From the NCBI GenBank assembly GCA_001794215.1, contig MGJK01000015.1, forward strand, positions 23,684 through 87,683: a DNA stretch of 64,000 bases. The letters run 5' to 3'. The DNA comes from Candidatus Yanofskybacteria bacterium RIFCSPHIGHO2_01_FULL_44_24 (GTDB lineage Bacteria > Patescibacteriota > Minisyncoccia > 2-02-FULL-40-12 > GWA2-44-9). The notes under the pieces were generated by a model, which was not told where the DNA came from, ran no database searches, and was given only the letters and a program-made list of their open reading frames with translations. The translations under genes and the position numbers were made by a program. Positions 48,441 through 57,788 of the stretch are shown here, piece by piece (position 1 is the stretch's first letter; each line of letters begins with the position of its first letter).

Positions 48441-49582
48441 ATGTTTTTTTTCGGAATTTCTTTTTTTGCGCCTTCTTTCTTTCTGTTTTTCAATCTTTCG
48501 CTTTCTCCTTTGTAGGCGAGGCTAAAACTATCTTGTACCCAGTACCGAGGATGTATAGACTGATGAGGATAATAATATAAGACGTCCTGGAGCCGTATAA
48601 GAGAATTTACCGCCATATCACAGTCGCCGATGAAACTTTTTCTATCCTCATCGCGATGTAAGTCTCTCCGCTCATGCTCCTTAATGTTTTCCACCGAATC
48701 CAAATCTACTATCCTTCCGTCAAGAGTGATATTGTGCGTGGTAAGATAGCCATGAACCCATTTTTTATGATGCATACGGGCAACGTTGACAGCCATCGTG
48801 TCCACAAGCCATTCTATATACTCCTGATCAGTAAATTTATCCGGATCTAACCCTAATTCCTGAGCAACCATAGTTCTCGCATCTTCCAATAATCGTTTCT
48901 GAATCGCGGGTTTACTGAAATTAGCGTCTATATCGCTCAAGCGTGATCTGACTCCGAATGCTCTTATTTCGATAACCGGCTCATCGTTTTCTTTCAAAAC
49001 ACCTTCCTTCTGGGCTTCTTTAATAGACATCTTCCGGCCGTCTCTTCCGACTACTTCTTTAAGATCGATGACGGCAATAACCCTGTGCGTTCTTACGCCG
49101 GCCTTTAAAAATTTCTCAGAAAAATCAACATCTCTACGGATCAGCTCCTGATTAGCAATCCCAGTGGTTCCGGCCCAACGCCATATATGCCTATAAACCG
49201 AATGCCATCCAAGAGGACCCGCCCCGCCTTCATTTCTGTCAGATGGAACATACCCGATTCGACTGTACCCTATTCCCTTCATATCAATATCCCTGTATAG
49301 TCTTCCCTCTTTGTCTTTAAATATGACTCTGCCCAAAATTCCCGAACGAGTCTGGTCCTTGCTTACCTCAACAGGATAAGGATTTTCCCCTTCGTTATTC
49401 GGGGTCAGAAACATGCCTAAGCGAGATTGCTTGCCGACTTCTAATTTGAACGGGGCTTCGATCTTATTATTCACCCACGCCACTTCATTCGCCACTTCAA
49501 CTGCCGGCAACGTCTCCTTGCCTTCATTTAACTTTTCACCGCCTATTCCTGTGGGTAGTTGTCGTTCTAATTTTTCAGTCAT
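48437..49582 (-). CDS. SelO/YdiU-like atypical kinase-fold protein
   Basis: DMKGIG, GVRTHRV, VHGYLTTHNITLDGRIVDLD resemble SelO KGxG, GxxTxR, HGVMNTDN..IDYG. Confidence 0.55.
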   Translation of the reverse strand: MTEKLERQLPTGIGGEKLNEGKETLPAVEVANEVAWVNNKIEAPFKLEVGKQSRLGMFLTPNNEGENPYPVEVSKDQTRSGILGRVIFKDKEGRLYRDIDMKGIGYSRIGYVPSDRNEGGAGPLGWHSVYRHIWRWAGTTGIANQELIRRDVDFSEKFLKAGVRTHRVIAVIDLKEVVGRDGRKMSIKEAQKEGVLKENDEPVIEIRAFGVRSRLSDIDANFSKPAIQKRLLEDARTMVAQELGLDPDKFTDQEYIEWLVDTMAVNVARMHHKKWVHGYLTTHNITLDGRIVDLDSVENIKEHERRDLHRDEDRKSFIGDCDMAVNSLIRLQDVLYYYPHQSIHPRYWVQDSFSLAYKGESERLKNRKKEGAKKEIPKKNI

Positions 49583-49597
49583 CGGATTTATATGTTA

Positions 49598-50797
49598 TTA
49601 AGTATCCTCTTCGGCCGTTATATCCTTCCCCTCTCCTAATCTTCGAAAAGATCCCTTGCCGAAAGTCTCATCTATAAGTCGGGCTAACGGCAATACTTTG
49701 CCCGTAAAAACCGCTTGAGCAAATATCACTGCGACTTCCTGCAGAGAACTGAATCTGCCGGGATTCTTAGAATAAATTTTAACTGTTAAATTATCTAATT
49801 TGAATTTCTCTTCTACGTATCCGGAGAGATGTCTTTCACCTTGGTAATCGCAGTAAAAGCTGATCGCATTTTCTAAAAATGAGGGGTCGCGGCCGGATTT
49901 TTCGTACTCATCCCACAAACGGCCCGCTTCGGGTAGTATAACTGATTGCAGATCAAGATGAAAATAGATTTTCGTAAGTTCGTTAGTTGCTTCGTCGCTC
50001 ATCTTATCTCCTCTCTCTTTAAAATTATACTCCAATCGGGCCATCATTGCCTTGCGCAAAAGCTCTGATTTCTCGAGCTCATCCCTAAGTTCGGGTTTCG
50101 ATATCAAATCATAATTTCTCACGATATGTAAGGCGGATTTCTCTATTATAGCCTCGTCTAAGCCGCTGAAGTAAAGCTGGCCCGGCTGGTTAAATTTTTC
50201 TGCGCTTCCATCGGGTTTTGTTTTTTTCACTCTTTCTATTTGTCTCATGCGTAGCCCCATCCTGCGTTCCGTCAAGAGTTCTTCGTTGCCGACTACGGCG
50301 GGCTGAAGAGTTATGTAGCCCTTGAAGTGAAGCATCTCGTGAATGACCAGATGTAAAAAGGCTATATCATCTTGAGCTTTCTTTTCTCGAATAAATATGC
50401 CCTGATTGGGTGTATGAGCAAAAGCCGCACATCTTTTAGGATTAACTGACGCCCAGGGGTCGATATTGCTTTTTTTAACCAGCATATCAAAGGTCTCTTC
50501 ATTTAATACATGAATATTCTTGGGTCCGATATCTATTTTGGGATCAACGCCTATTCGGGTAAGAAATTCGTTGGTCGTCCTGTTTGCTTTATCCACCAAA
50601 CTTGCCTGTTCGGGAGAAAGTTCGATTTCGCCTCCTTTGATGTCTTCTATGTCCTGCTTTTCAAATCGTTCAATAAAAAAATCTCTTATCTCTTCCTTAT
50701 CCTTAATCGTCATATTTTCTGAAATAACTCCGTCCACAGCCGAAAAGTGCTTAGTACTTTCGGGGTTTTTAGTTTGTGGTTCCTTCAATTCCGTCAT
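49598..50797 (-). CDS. Hypothetical gluzincin-like protein
   Basis: VIHEMLH with a downstream GLDEAIIE. Confidence 0.65.
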   Translation of the reverse strand: MTELKEPQTKNPESTKHFSAVDGVISENMTIKDKEEIRDFFIERFEKQDIEDIKGGEIELSPEQASLVDKANRTTNEFLTRIGVDPKIDIGPKNIHVLNEETFDMLVKKSNIDPWASVNPKRCAAFAHTPNQGIFIREKKAQDDIAFLHLVIHEMLHFKGYITLQPAVVGNEELLTERRMGLRMRQIERVKKTKPDGSAEKFNQPGQLYFSGLDEAIIEKSALHIVRNYDLISKPELRDELEKSELLRKAMMARLEYNFKERGDKMSDEATNELTKIYFHLDLQSVILPEAGRLWDEYEKSGRDPSFLENAISFYCDYQGERHLSGYVEEKFKLDNLTVKIYSKNPGRFSSLQEVAVIFAQAVFTGKVLPLARLIDETFGKGSFRRLGEGKDITAEEDT

Positions 50798-51879
50798 AGG
50801 AATTTCGCTATGTCCTTAACCGTTACATAGACCATCAGTCCTATTAAAAGGGCGAAGCCGGCCGTATTGATCAGGGCCTCGGCCCGTTTATTAAGAGGTG
50901 AGCCTTTCAGTTTCTCGATAATCAACATTAGAGCCCTGCCTCCGTCTAAGGCTGGGAACGGAAGAATATTAAGAACGGCTAAATTCACTGAGATCATGGC
51001 TACGAATTGCATCAGAAAAGTGATGCCGACTCGGGCCGCTTGGCCGGTCAAAGTAGCAATCCCTACGGGACCCGAAACATCAGCTAAAAGCTTACCGGTA
51101 GTGAATAATGTCTTGAATAAAATTCCGTAGCCATAGATCGTATTAACGGTCATCAGATATGCGTTATAAGCGCCCCGCCAAATCGCCTCGTACCACGGAT
51201 AGTGGATCAATCCGGTCAGAGACATCTCAATTCCCATCGCTCCCTCGCCGGCCGGAGGATTCAACCTTGGCTCGAGCTCTTTAGCCAAGGTCTCATTGCC
51301 CCTCTTGACCGTTACAGTTATTGTCTTGCCCAAATTTTTCATTACAAAACCCCTCACATCGGCTGTTTCCGAAACATACGCTATATTGCCTGCCGAGTCC
51401 TCAAAACTGACTATCTCATCAAGCAACATAATGCCGGCTAAATCGGCCGGGCTATCGGGAGAAATTCTGATTATTTGGACTCGTTTATCAGTAGCTTTTT
51501 CGGCCAGAGCCGGATCAGAAATATCAACTCGTAAACCGGAAAAATTACCAAAAGTTAGGAGTACTACCGCTAACATAAAATTCATCACGACTCCGGCAAC
51601 GATAACCTTGAACCGGCTGAAGAAACTTTTGGATCCGAAGCTGTCGGGATTCTCCCTGTGCCCCCCGTCTTCTCCATAAATTTTTACAAATCCGCCGAAA
51701 GGAATCAGATTTATCGAGTAGATCGTATCTCCCTTTTTCTTTCCCCAAATCTTCGGCGGAAATCCGAATCCAAACTCTTCAACTCTCATCCCCGCTTTTC
51801 GGGCCATAACAAAATGCCCCCATTCATGGACAAGGACGAGCACACCTATAACCGCGATAAAAATTAAAAATGTGATCAA
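50794..51879 (-). CDS. rseP: RIP metalloprotease RseP (M50)
   Basis: HEWGH, PDZ domain, NILPFPALDGG. Confidence 0.93.
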   Translation of the reverse strand: MITFLIFIAVIGVLVLVHEWGHFVMARKAGMRVEEFGFGFPPKIWGKKKGDTIYSINLIPFGGFVKIYGEDGGHRENPDSFGSKSFFSRFKVIVAGVVMNFMLAVVLLTFGNFSGLRVDISDPALAEKATDKRVQIIRISPDSPADLAGIMLLDEIVSFEDSAGNIAYVSETADVRGFVMKNLGKTITVTVKRGNETLAKELEPRLNPPAGEGAMGIEMSLTGLIHYPWYEAIWRGAYNAYLMTVNTIYGYGILFKTLFTTGKLLADVSGPVGIATLTGQAARVGITFLMQFVAMISVNLAVLNILPFPALDGGRALMLIIEKLKGSPLNKRAEALINTAGFALLIGLMVYVTVKDIAKFL

Positions 51880-51909
51880 CAGAGTTTATAAAGTTCCGAG
51901 TTGATAAAG

Positions 51910-52254
51910 TTATAAAGTTTTTATCAGACCAGAAATCAACTTAGATATCTCCGAACATAGCATCTTAATAGTCTCAAAATCTTTGTCGTTGATATATGTT
52001 AACTTAACTGCCAAATACGCCATGGATCTTACCTCCCCGCAAGATCCCTTAGCTATGAATAAAAAGTGCCTGAATTCGTTATTGCTTCTTCTCTCAAAAC
52101 CTTCGGCGATGTTGTTACCTATACTGACCGTGGCTCTCTGTATTTGGTCTCTGAAACTATAATCCTTGCTTGCCCTAAAGAGTTTATAGATTAAAACGGT
52201 GAGCTCTTGTGATTTCTGCCAGGATATAATTTCTTCAAAACTATTAATTTTCAT
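51910..52254 (-). CDS. Four-helix-bundle protein (23S rRNA IVP family)
   Basis: SFEEIISWQKS, QIQRATVSIGNNIAEG, FLFIAKGSCGE. Confidence 0.9.
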   Translation of the reverse strand: MKINSFEEIISWQKSQELTVLIYKLFRASKDYSFRDQIQRATVSIGNNIAEGFERRSNNEFRHFLFIAKGSCGEVRSMAYLAVKLTYINDKDFETIKMLCSEISKLISGLIKTL

Positions 52255-52289
52255 TTAAACTTTATGAACTTTATAAACTTGATGAACTT

Positions 52290-52850
52290 TTAACTGTTGA
52301 GGAGCTCCGCTTCTTTCTTTTTCGTAAGCTCGTCAAATTTTTTATTAAGATCGTCAACAATCTTTTGGATCTCCTCCTTGGCTCTATGCAGATCATCTTC
52401 GCGGGCAGTTTTAGCCCGGACTTCGGCCTGAACTTTTTTCAATACATCCTCCCTTACCTGCCTAACCTTTATTCTGGACTCTTCGACTTTCTGATGAAGA
52501 ATGCGAATAAATTCTTTGCGCCTCTCTTCTGTCAGCTGAGGCAGAGTAAGTCGAACGCCGTTTGAATCCGCAGAAGGGTTTAAACCGCTCGAACTTTCCC
52601 GTAAAGCTTTTTCAATCAAAGGTATGGCCTGCTTATCCCAAGGCTGAATAAGTATAACCCGAGGCTCAGGAGTAGTGATCGTAGCCAATTCCTTTATTTT
52701 CAATCGTGAGCCCATATATTCCACAGCCACATCCTCAACCATACTGGCGTTAGCCCGGCCGGTCCTGATGCCGGCAACTTCGCTTCGAGCATGCTCGAAA
52801 GCAGCGTTAAAATCCCCCTTCTTTTGATTAATTAAGTCTTTGTAAGTCAT
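52290..52850 (-). CDS. frr: Ribosome recycling factor
   Basis: IRTGRAN, IQPWD, PQLTEERRKE. Confidence 0.95.
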   Translation of the reverse strand: MTYKDLINQKKGDFNAAFEHARSEVAGIRTGRANASMVEDVAVEYMGSRLKIKELATITTPEPRVILIQPWDKQAIPLIEKALRESSSGLNPSADSNGVRLTLPQLTEERRKEFIRILHQKVEESRIKVRQVREDVLKKVQAEVRAKTAREDDLHRAKEEIQKIVDDLNKKFDELTKKKEAELLNS

Positions 52851-52876
52851 CTTTAAAATATACCACGAATTTTTTT

Positions 52877-52907
52877 AAAAAAAAGCTGGGGGGGGGTTAC
52901 CTCCAGC
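52877..52907 (-). terminator. Intrinsic terminator
   Basis: GCTGGAGG-TAAC-CCCCCCCCAGC followed by T8 on the minus strand. Confidence 0.75.
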
Positions 52908-53413
52908 GTTGATTCGACCGCGGGAGGGATAGAGCTTCGCGCTCTCCCTCCCGCCCCGCGGCCACTGTCGTCTCTTTCTGTTTCTGCTCGCCCGATGATC
53001 GGCGGGTCGCCGCGCCGCTGTCCCGCGCCGCAGGCGACCCGCCCTTCTTTCTTTCTCCGATCTCCGATGGATCTTTTGTTAGAGCTTTGCCCCCGATCAG
53101 GCACTCAACCTGACCGGAGAACGGTCGTCGCTTGAGTGGCGACGGGAGGAAGCCTTGCGCACATCGGCGCTTGGCCCTTGCCTCCAGCTCTGCGATGGCC
53201 CCATCCGGGCACCACCCCTTAACCGCCCTCAACGCCCGGGGATCGCGGCCGCGTTCCGGACACCAAAGAATTAGAGATCACGGGCAGGTCCGCCTGCTTT
53301 TCGAGACAGGCGGACCTCGAGGTTGGCCATTTCGGCGTTACCCCACTGCCCCCGAAAAACCGCTTAAAAAGTAATCTTTCAGGGACAGTGTCAGCTCAAA
53401 GAACGTATATTAC
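52877..53413 (-). ncRNA. Candidate structured ncRNA (~540 nt)
   Basis: Own promoter and terminator; very GC-rich hairpins; no credible ORF. Confidence 0.55.
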
Positions 53414-53419
53414 CCTCTC

Positions 53420-53447
53420 ATTATAGCAAATCTACAGAATCTGTCAA
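53420..53447 (-). promoter_or_regulatory. Sigma70 promoter with extended -10
   Basis: TTGACA-16-TATAAT preceded by TGC. Confidence 0.75.
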
Positions 53448-53506
53448 GCCCCGCTGACAGATTCTCAAAACGATGACACTCTACCGCGATCGTTATATTC
53501 TGTCAC

Positions 53507-54055
53507 TCATAGTTTAAACATTCTTCGAAGGTCTTTATCATATTCGATCTTATCAGTAGTAATCAGCCTCGTATAATGCTTCATCTGCTCTTCAAATAAA
53601 ATTTCTTTCAAAAAATTAGGCACTTTATAGGGATACGCCCAGATGCTCTTTTGAAATTCTTTAAACCCTATAACTTTCAGCATTAAACGTAGTTCGTCTC
53701 GGTATCTTCTCTTCTTTTCCGGTATATCAAAAAATATCATTCTCCACTTACCGTCCCAATTCGTATCTTGCGGAGAATTTTTATCGGTAGATAACCGAAA
53801 ATCTTTCAGTGCACAAAGAAAGGCCTCTTTTTCTCCTAAGGAAGTTAGGCGATAAATTTCTTTGTTCTTATACTGGGTTATAAATCCCCTCCTTCTCAGT
53901 CTGGAAATCGCAACATGATAAGAATTTCGTTTTTCATATCTATTGCCGTAACCGTATTTCTTGGCATATTTTGGATTAAAAAATGCGTTAACGGTTATCT
54001 CTCCGATCTCTCTAACTATCATCAGTATCATGGAACCGACAGATGATATTTGCAT
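53507..54055 (-). CDS. PaaX-like regulator (wHTH plus Cas2-like domain), CPR type
   Basis: YRLTSLGE; WDGKWRMIFFDIPEKKR; GFKEFQKSIWAYP. Confidence 0.8.
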   Translation of the reverse strand: MQISSVGSMILMIVREIGEITVNAFFNPKYAKKYGYGNRYEKRNSYHVAISRLRRRGFITQYKNKEIYRLTSLGEKEAFLCALKDFRLSTDKNSPQDTNWDGKWRMIFFDIPEKKRRYRDELRLMLKVIGFKEFQKSIWAYPYKVPNFLKEILFEEQMKHYTRLITTDKIEYDKDLRRMFKL

Positions 54056-54158
54056 GGTGACACCCTACCACGATCGTAGTATAATGCAAGCGAAGCATTT
54101 TAAAACCTTAAAGTCTCGGGTGGCCTAAGCTGGCTTGATGGTATTTTAAGAGTGGACT

Positions 54159-55046
54159 CTATAAGTTAATAAGAAAATTCTCCAGAGCTAAACGATGATT
54201 GAATTGAGGCTGAGAAATTAGATAATGAAGCTTTAATAAGTTTTTGGCGGCCTCCTTCAATTTAGAAACCGGGATATCTGAGCCGTGCTTTAGCTGGTAA
54301 TGAAGCCAATCCAGCCAAAAATTCACAAGAGCGGGATAGCTTTTTGATTCATAGGCTTTCTTTGCATAAATCATCCTCTCGAAAGTCCCCTCTTTCAGAA
54401 GTTTCTTAAAATCATCGACGGCTCTTTTGGCATCCTTGAGTTCGCCTGATTCTAAAATCTTTTCTATCCAGCCTATCCTTCCGGCCGACATCTGTATCAG
54501 AAAATCAGCATCCTCATTTTTAACTTTTTTAGATTTTATAAAATCTAAGGCCCCTTCAACGGAAGGAATGAAACGAATAAGCTGGCATCGGGACAAAATT
54601 GTTTGCGGCAGAAGCTTGGGAGTGGAAGTTACAAGTATAATAACGGAGAACGGCGGCGGCTCTTCTAAAATTTTGAGCAAGGCATTAGAAGCTTCCGGAG
54701 TAAGAGCGTGGGCGTTATCGATAACGACAAATTTATAAGGACCGAAATTCGGCTTGAGCGACAAGAACAACTTTATTTCTCGTATGTCCTCGATATATAT
54801 CTTGGCCTCACCCTCTGACAACCTCGGAAATATCATCTTAAAATCCAAATCCGAACTTCTGATCTCCTCTCGGCCATTGACGTTACGATAAAGATCAAGA
54901 GCGAATGTTTTTTTACCGATCATCTCCTGGCCCGAAAAAAGATAGGCATGAAATAAAGCACTGTGGCCGGGTGCGCTTGCACTGCTGTTTTTTAAGACAG
55001 TCTCAAAATAAGCCTTATTTTTATTGTGACCGAGAACGCTCCACAT
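54159..55046 (-). CDS. holB: DNA polymerase III delta' subunit
   Basis: HAYLFSG, IEDIRE, SNALLKILEEPP, TILSRC. Confidence 0.88.
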   Translation of the reverse strand: MWSVLGHNKNKAYFETVLKNSSASAPGHSALFHAYLFSGQEMIGKKTFALDLYRNVNGREEIRSSDLDFKMIFPRLSEGEAKIYIEDIREIKLFLSLKPNFGPYKFVVIDNAHALTPEASNALLKILEEPPPFSVIILVTSTPKLLPQTILSRCQLIRFIPSVEGALDFIKSKKVKNEDADFLIQMSAGRIGWIEKILESGELKDAKRAVDDFKKLLKEGTFERMIYAKKAYESKSYPALVNFWLDWLHYQLKHGSDIPVSKLKEAAKNLLKLHYLISQPQFNHRLALENFLINL

Positions 55047-55123
55047 TGAGTTATAAAGTTAAAAGTTTTTAAAGTTCTTAAAGAAAATACCTCAAACTTT
55101 ACGAACCTTATAAACTTTACAAC

Positions 55124-56248
55124 CTACTGACTTAGTAGCTCTTCCGCAATCTTTTCATCGGCGTCGAGCCTGGCAAAAGTTTTGATCTTCTCGCCAACTA
55201 TTCTGTAATTATCCGGCTCGAGAAGAAAGCCGACCCTTTGCATTAAAACATCCCGGGTTAGGTTTCTCTCCTCGATCATCATCGCTCCGTATTTAACAAA
55301 TTCGGAAGCATTGTAAAGTTGATGGTTCGCCGAAGAATTTTCTCTTGGTACGACGATCACGGGCTTACCTAAGCAAGCTAATTCAAAAATTTGTCCTCCA
55401 GCGCGAGAAACTGTAATATCGGCGGCCGCATAGGCCATCGAGAGGGCTTCCTCTTCAAGGAAAGGAAACAGCTGATAATTTTCCTTAATTCTCAGTCCGT
55501 AAGCAGCTCCGCCTTCCTCAATAAACTTATCAGATTCTTTTTTCACTTCCTCATACTGGCCTTGCCCGCATTGGTGAATAATCTGATAGTTTTCGGTCAT
55601 TACCACGAGTGAATTCAAAACTACATCGTTGATCGCTTTCGCTCCCAAGCTTCCGCCTAAGAATAATACAGTTTTCTTGACCGGGCTTAAATTAAAAAAC
55701 CTTGAAGCGGCTTCCCGATCGGCGCCGAATAAATCTTTTCTTACCGGATTTCCAGTAAATAACGTTTCCGTCTTTGGAAAATACTGAGCCGAATCTTCGA
55801 ACGATATGAACGCTTTGCGGGCTATCCGGCCGATCAATCTGTTGGCTAAACCCGGCACAAAATCGGATTCGTGGATGAAAACTGGTATTAAGTACAGACG
55901 GGCCACCAAACAAGGAATGAGAGAGGCATAACCGCCTTTGGCGAAAACAACATTGGGCATGAACCAAAAAATATGCCACAAAGACTGGATAAGGCCTGCC
56001 GGCATTTTAAAAAAATCTATGACATTATCCAAACTCGCGTATCTCCTGAGCTTTCCGGCTATAATTCTTTTAAATGGCAGCTGAGCCGCCATAACGGCCT
56101 TACCGATGAAATCTCCGTCTCCTACGACAAGAATTTCTAAGCTTAGACCTCTTGATGAGGCGATTGTTTTAAGCGTTTTTCCGACCGCGACAAGCGGGTA
56201 AACATGCCCGCCCGAGCCCCCTCCGGCCAAAAGTATGCGATAGCTCAT
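55124..56248 (-). CDS. murG: MurG glycosyltransferase
   Basis: GGGSGGHVYP, HESD, GNPVR, GGSLGA, HQ..NA. Confidence 0.93.
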   Translation of the reverse strand: MSYRILLAGGGSGGHVYPLVAVGKTLKTIASSRGLSLEILVVGDGDFIGKAVMAAQLPFKRIIAGKLRRYASLDNVIDFFKMPAGLIQSLWHIFWFMPNVVFAKGGYASLIPCLVARLYLIPVFIHESDFVPGLANRLIGRIARKAFISFEDSAQYFPKTETLFTGNPVRKDLFGADREAASRFFNLSPVKKTVLFLGGSLGAKAINDVVLNSLVVMTENYQIIHQCGQGQYEEVKKESDKFIEEGGAAYGLRIKENYQLFPFLEEEALSMAYAAADITVSRAGGQIFELACLGKPVIVVPRENSSANHQLYNASEFVKYGAMMIEERNLTRDVLMQRVGFLLEPDNYRIVGEKIKTFARLDADEKIAEELLSQ

Positions 56249-56257
56249 ATGACAATC

Positions 56258-56518
56258 TTAGCACAGTATTCCTTCTTTTTTGAGAATCAAGAGTTTCTTT
56301 TCCGACCCGCGGTTATATCCTCCGGCTTTGCCGTCTGATCTTATAACTCTGTGGCAGGGTACGGCTGAGTCGTAGTTCTTGTTTAAAATGTTTCCGACGG
56401 CCCGGTAAGCCTGCGGGTTTCCGGCAAGCCGGGCAACCTCCTTGTAGGTTAGAATTTGACCCTTGGGTATCCTCCGGACCACGCCCAAAACCGAATCTTT
56501 AAATTTAGAATTTTTCAT
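56258..56518 (-). CDS. MGMT family O6-alkylguanine DNA-binding/repair protein
   Basis: RAVG and PCHRV. Confidence 0.88.
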   Translation of the reverse strand: MKNSKFKDSVLGVVRRIPKGQILTYKEVARLAGNPQAYRAVGNILNKNYDSAVPCHRVIRSDGKAGGYNRGSEKKLLILKKEGILC

Positions 56519-57126
56519 TTATACAAGCCTTTAATGTCCCGGATCAGTTCGGGAAAATCTTCTTGATTGAAATGACCGCGACCGAGGAAGACCCTTCCAA
56601 TACTATTTTTCAAACTCTTCTGATACTTACCGAAATCCGCGAAAGGAACGACGGGATCTTCTTTGCTTTGATATATAAATATCTTACCCGCCTGCTGTTC
56701 TAATTTTTTAAGGCTCTTCGGCAAAATAAAATCAACCAGCGAATATTCGGAATCCTTATCATCGTAAGGAGCGGCGATCAGGAAAACGGCTTTCACTTTT
56801 TTCGAAAGCTTATTTTCTGAAAGGTATTTGGCCAAAAATATACCGCCCATAGAATGCCCGACCATAATTACGCCGGATTTGAAATAAGGAACGAATTTAT
56901 CAAACCATATCTTCCACTCGGAATACTTGGCATTAAAAGAGTTCGGCATGTTGGGAAGAATAACCTGAAAGTCTTTGCCGAGTTTCTTGGCGAGATTTTT
57001 TTTCCAGCCGGCCCTGTTCTGGATATAGTCATCGAAATTTATTTTCCAGCTCCTGAGGAACTTCAAATAATCCCGATAGTTATCGAAAGAATCCCCTCCA
57101 TGAATTACAATAACCTGATTTTTCAT
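56515..57126 (-). CDS. Alpha/beta hydrolase (RBBP9/YdeN family)
   Basis: IHGG, GHSMGG, DPVVP, GHF. Confidence 0.85.
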   Translation of the reverse strand: MKNQVIVIHGGDSFDNYRDYLKFLRSWKINFDDYIQNRAGWKKNLAKKLGKDFQVILPNMPNSFNAKYSEWKIWFDKFVPYFKSGVIMVGHSMGGIFLAKYLSENKLSKKVKAVFLIAAPYDDKDSEYSLVDFILPKSLKKLEQQAGKIFIYQSKEDPVVPFADFGKYQKSLKNSIGRVFLGRGHFNQEDFPELIRDIKGLYK

Positions 57127-57128
57127 AT

Positions 57129-57455
57129 TTATCTTATCCCCGCACCTTCTTTAACTTCTGACTCGGGAATTATAAGAACCGGGCCGTCTTTGTCACTGGC
57201 CGCCAAAAGCATCCCGTTGCTTTCAAGACCCTTAAGGTTCCGGGGCTCCAAGTTTGCCACTACCACAATCTGTTTACCCACAAGAAGCTCGGGGGTATAA
57301 ATGGATCCTATACCAGCAACAATCTGCCTCTTCCCTAATTCTTCTCCTAAATCTATCTGCAGTTTGACTAACTTGTCAGAACCTTCGACCTTTTCAGCCT
57401 CGAGGATCTTGGCTACTCTTAGATCAATTTTTTTGAAATCGTCTATTGTAATCAT
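57129..57455 (-). CDS. tRNA-binding OB-fold protein (MetRS beta/Trbp111/CsaA-like)
   Basis: [31 protein letters not shown]. Confidence 0.9.
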   Translation of the reverse strand: MITIDDFKKIDLRVAKILEAEKVEGSDKLVKLQIDLGEELGKRQIVAGIGSIYTPELLVGKQIVVVANLEPRNLKGLESNGMLLAASDKDGPVLIIPESEVKEGAGIR

Positions 57456-57542
57456 GACGTTATAATATGATAAATACTTATTTTTGAAAAGTAAAAGCCG
57501 AGATTAATCTCGGCTTGATACGATATGGTTTTAGTACGAATC

Positions 57543-57788
57543 TTAGTAATCCGCAGGCTGATCCACCTGCCAACCAGGCAGAAATGATCGGACAATATCG
57601 GGATTATACGGGCCAAACCCGTAAGATGTTCCAAAAATTCTCTTTCCCGCAAGATCAGCAATACCTCCTCCTCTTACCGAGGACAAGGGTATGCCATTCT
57701 GCTGAGCGACAGATGAATGAGAATCGTAGTTGTAGTCTATTGACCCGAATATAACTCTCTTATCCGTAACAACAAACTTGACGGTCAT
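57543..57788 (-). CDS. Hypothetical protein
   Basis: 81 aa; AGGAGG RBS. Confidence 0.65.
   Translation of the reverse strand: MTVKFVVTDKRVIFGSIDYNYDSHSSVAQQNGIPLSSVRGGGIADLAGKRIFGTSYGFGPYNPDIVRSFLPGWQVDQPADY

Noticed and set aside
51910-52254. Diversity-generating retroelement
   Set aside because: Avd-related fold only; no reverse transcriptase or TR/VR pair in the window
52853-53374. Short ORFs in the 53-kb GC-rich region
   Set aside because: Low-complexity Arg/Gly-rich translations in several frames are better explained by structured non-coding sequence
53507-54055. CRISPR Cas2 gene
   Set aside because: The Cas2-like motif is part of a PaaX-like regulator; no cas1 or array is nearby
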